This document shows, one piece after another, positions 62,196-64,000 of a stretch of DNA of 64,000 nt. Both the position numbers and the translations under genes were made by a program. Below the pieces are notes generated by a model. That model ran no database searches, had not been told where the DNA came from, and was given only the letters and a program-made list of their open reading frames with translations. The stretch's first letter is position 1. Each line of letters opens with the position of its first letter. Source of the DNA: the human T2T-CHM13v2.0 reference genome, Homo sapiens; assembly GCF_009914755.1 (NCBI RefSeq), contig NC_060941.1; one strand, 5' to 3'.

Positions 62196-63313
62196 CAAAA
62201 CTTTTAATATAAATTCTACTGTCACCAGTATTTGATAGTAGACTGTGGAAGTTAGGTAAGATCAGAGTCTGTGTCACATAAAAGCAAATGTATGGCTAAG
62301 AAGGAAAAAAAAACCTTTGCTTCACACGTATCCATGTAATAGAGGTTTATCCTCACTTCCCCCTTTCCCCTCCCTCAGTCAATTTGCAATAATAATAATT
62401 TAAAAAAGGTAAAGTGGTGATGTCGTGGAACAAATTACTTTGCTTGAAAGACACAACTGCAGGTTGGTGTTTACGGGAGGACTCAGACTTGGCATGGTAT
62501 TGTGAGGCAAAGAGGACGCTTGTTAGGAACTTGTGATCATTATTGAACCAGGCAGGGGAACCTGGGCCCCTGAACTCTGTCTCTTTATACTGCATTTTGA
62601 AAGCAGCACTTGGCTCTCTAATTGCCCCATATGCTGGTTTTATTCGGTGGCTCAGCTGGGTGGAGTGAACTCTGGGAAGAGATGCATTCATTTTTAGTTA
62701 CCTCACCAGATTGCTAATTTTCACTCTGGAGGCATAAATCACCATAATTACTGTAATCCCAAGACGAAGGGACTTGCTATTCTGGCACAAGGGCAGCAGC
62801 TATTTGTACCGCCAAAGCTGTTCTACCTGAGAGCTGGGGAAAGAGTTGCATATGGCTGGTTCTGCCAGGACACTCTTAGATTTGGGGTGGAGGGTGTGCT
62901 CGGAGCCCATTATCCTTTACTTGGGAGAAATGGAGATCCTGGAGGAGCAGTTTCTTCTGTGTTAGTGGCAAGCCTGTGGCTTAAGACAGAGCTTTGGCCC
63001 TCGGCTCACTGCACAGCCCACACTGCCCAGCTGTTGACATGTTTGACTTGCAAACAGAACATCAACAGAACTTCAGAACTTCAGTTCCTCTTCTCTCATC
63101 TTTTCCCATCAACTCATTCCTTGGTTTGTCTTGGTTTTTGTTTTTGCATTTCTCCTGAGGAAATCCTTATTAATTTCTGAAGAAATTACCTCAAATAGAA
63201 ACCAGATACTACAAAAATCCCTAGTACCCTGGAGCAGAGGCTAAATATCATTAGGGAGGGGGAAAACAGAAAAAGCCCAGTGTAACTTGTCACTTTGTCA
63301 TTCATACTTATAA

Positions 63314-64000
<687 letters not shown>

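Overview
Human/great-ape genomic DNA, very Alu-dense (about 70 Alu copies or fragments), with older L2, MIR, L1M, DNA-transposon and LTR remnants. I find no credible protein-coding exon of a functional gene; nearly all ORFs in the track are Alu-, SVA- or L1-derived. Gene-derived sequence is limited to a processed RPL29 pseudogene with an open full-length ORF (60666-61133) and two U6 snRNA retrocopies (29975-30079, 58053-58160). The most striking structure is a ~2.45 kb composite SVA insertion (35336-37783) inside one 16-bp TSD. It reads as a retrotransposed spliced RNA: a VNTR piece of a different SVA, ~330 bp of captured unique DNA, a Tigger1 end, an SVA entered at its Alu-like splice acceptor, poly(A), then a 3' transduction with a second poly(A). 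It landed on the TSD of an older Alu that itself contains a solo LTR18. A second theme is locally templated inverted insertions with snap-back junctions: a 185-bp MER51 copy at 26.1 kb, a 141-bp MER44B copy at 41.7 kb, and palindromes at 6.96 and 29.9 kb. Repeat family names come from recalled consensus sequences, not a database run, and boundaries of old repeats are approximate.
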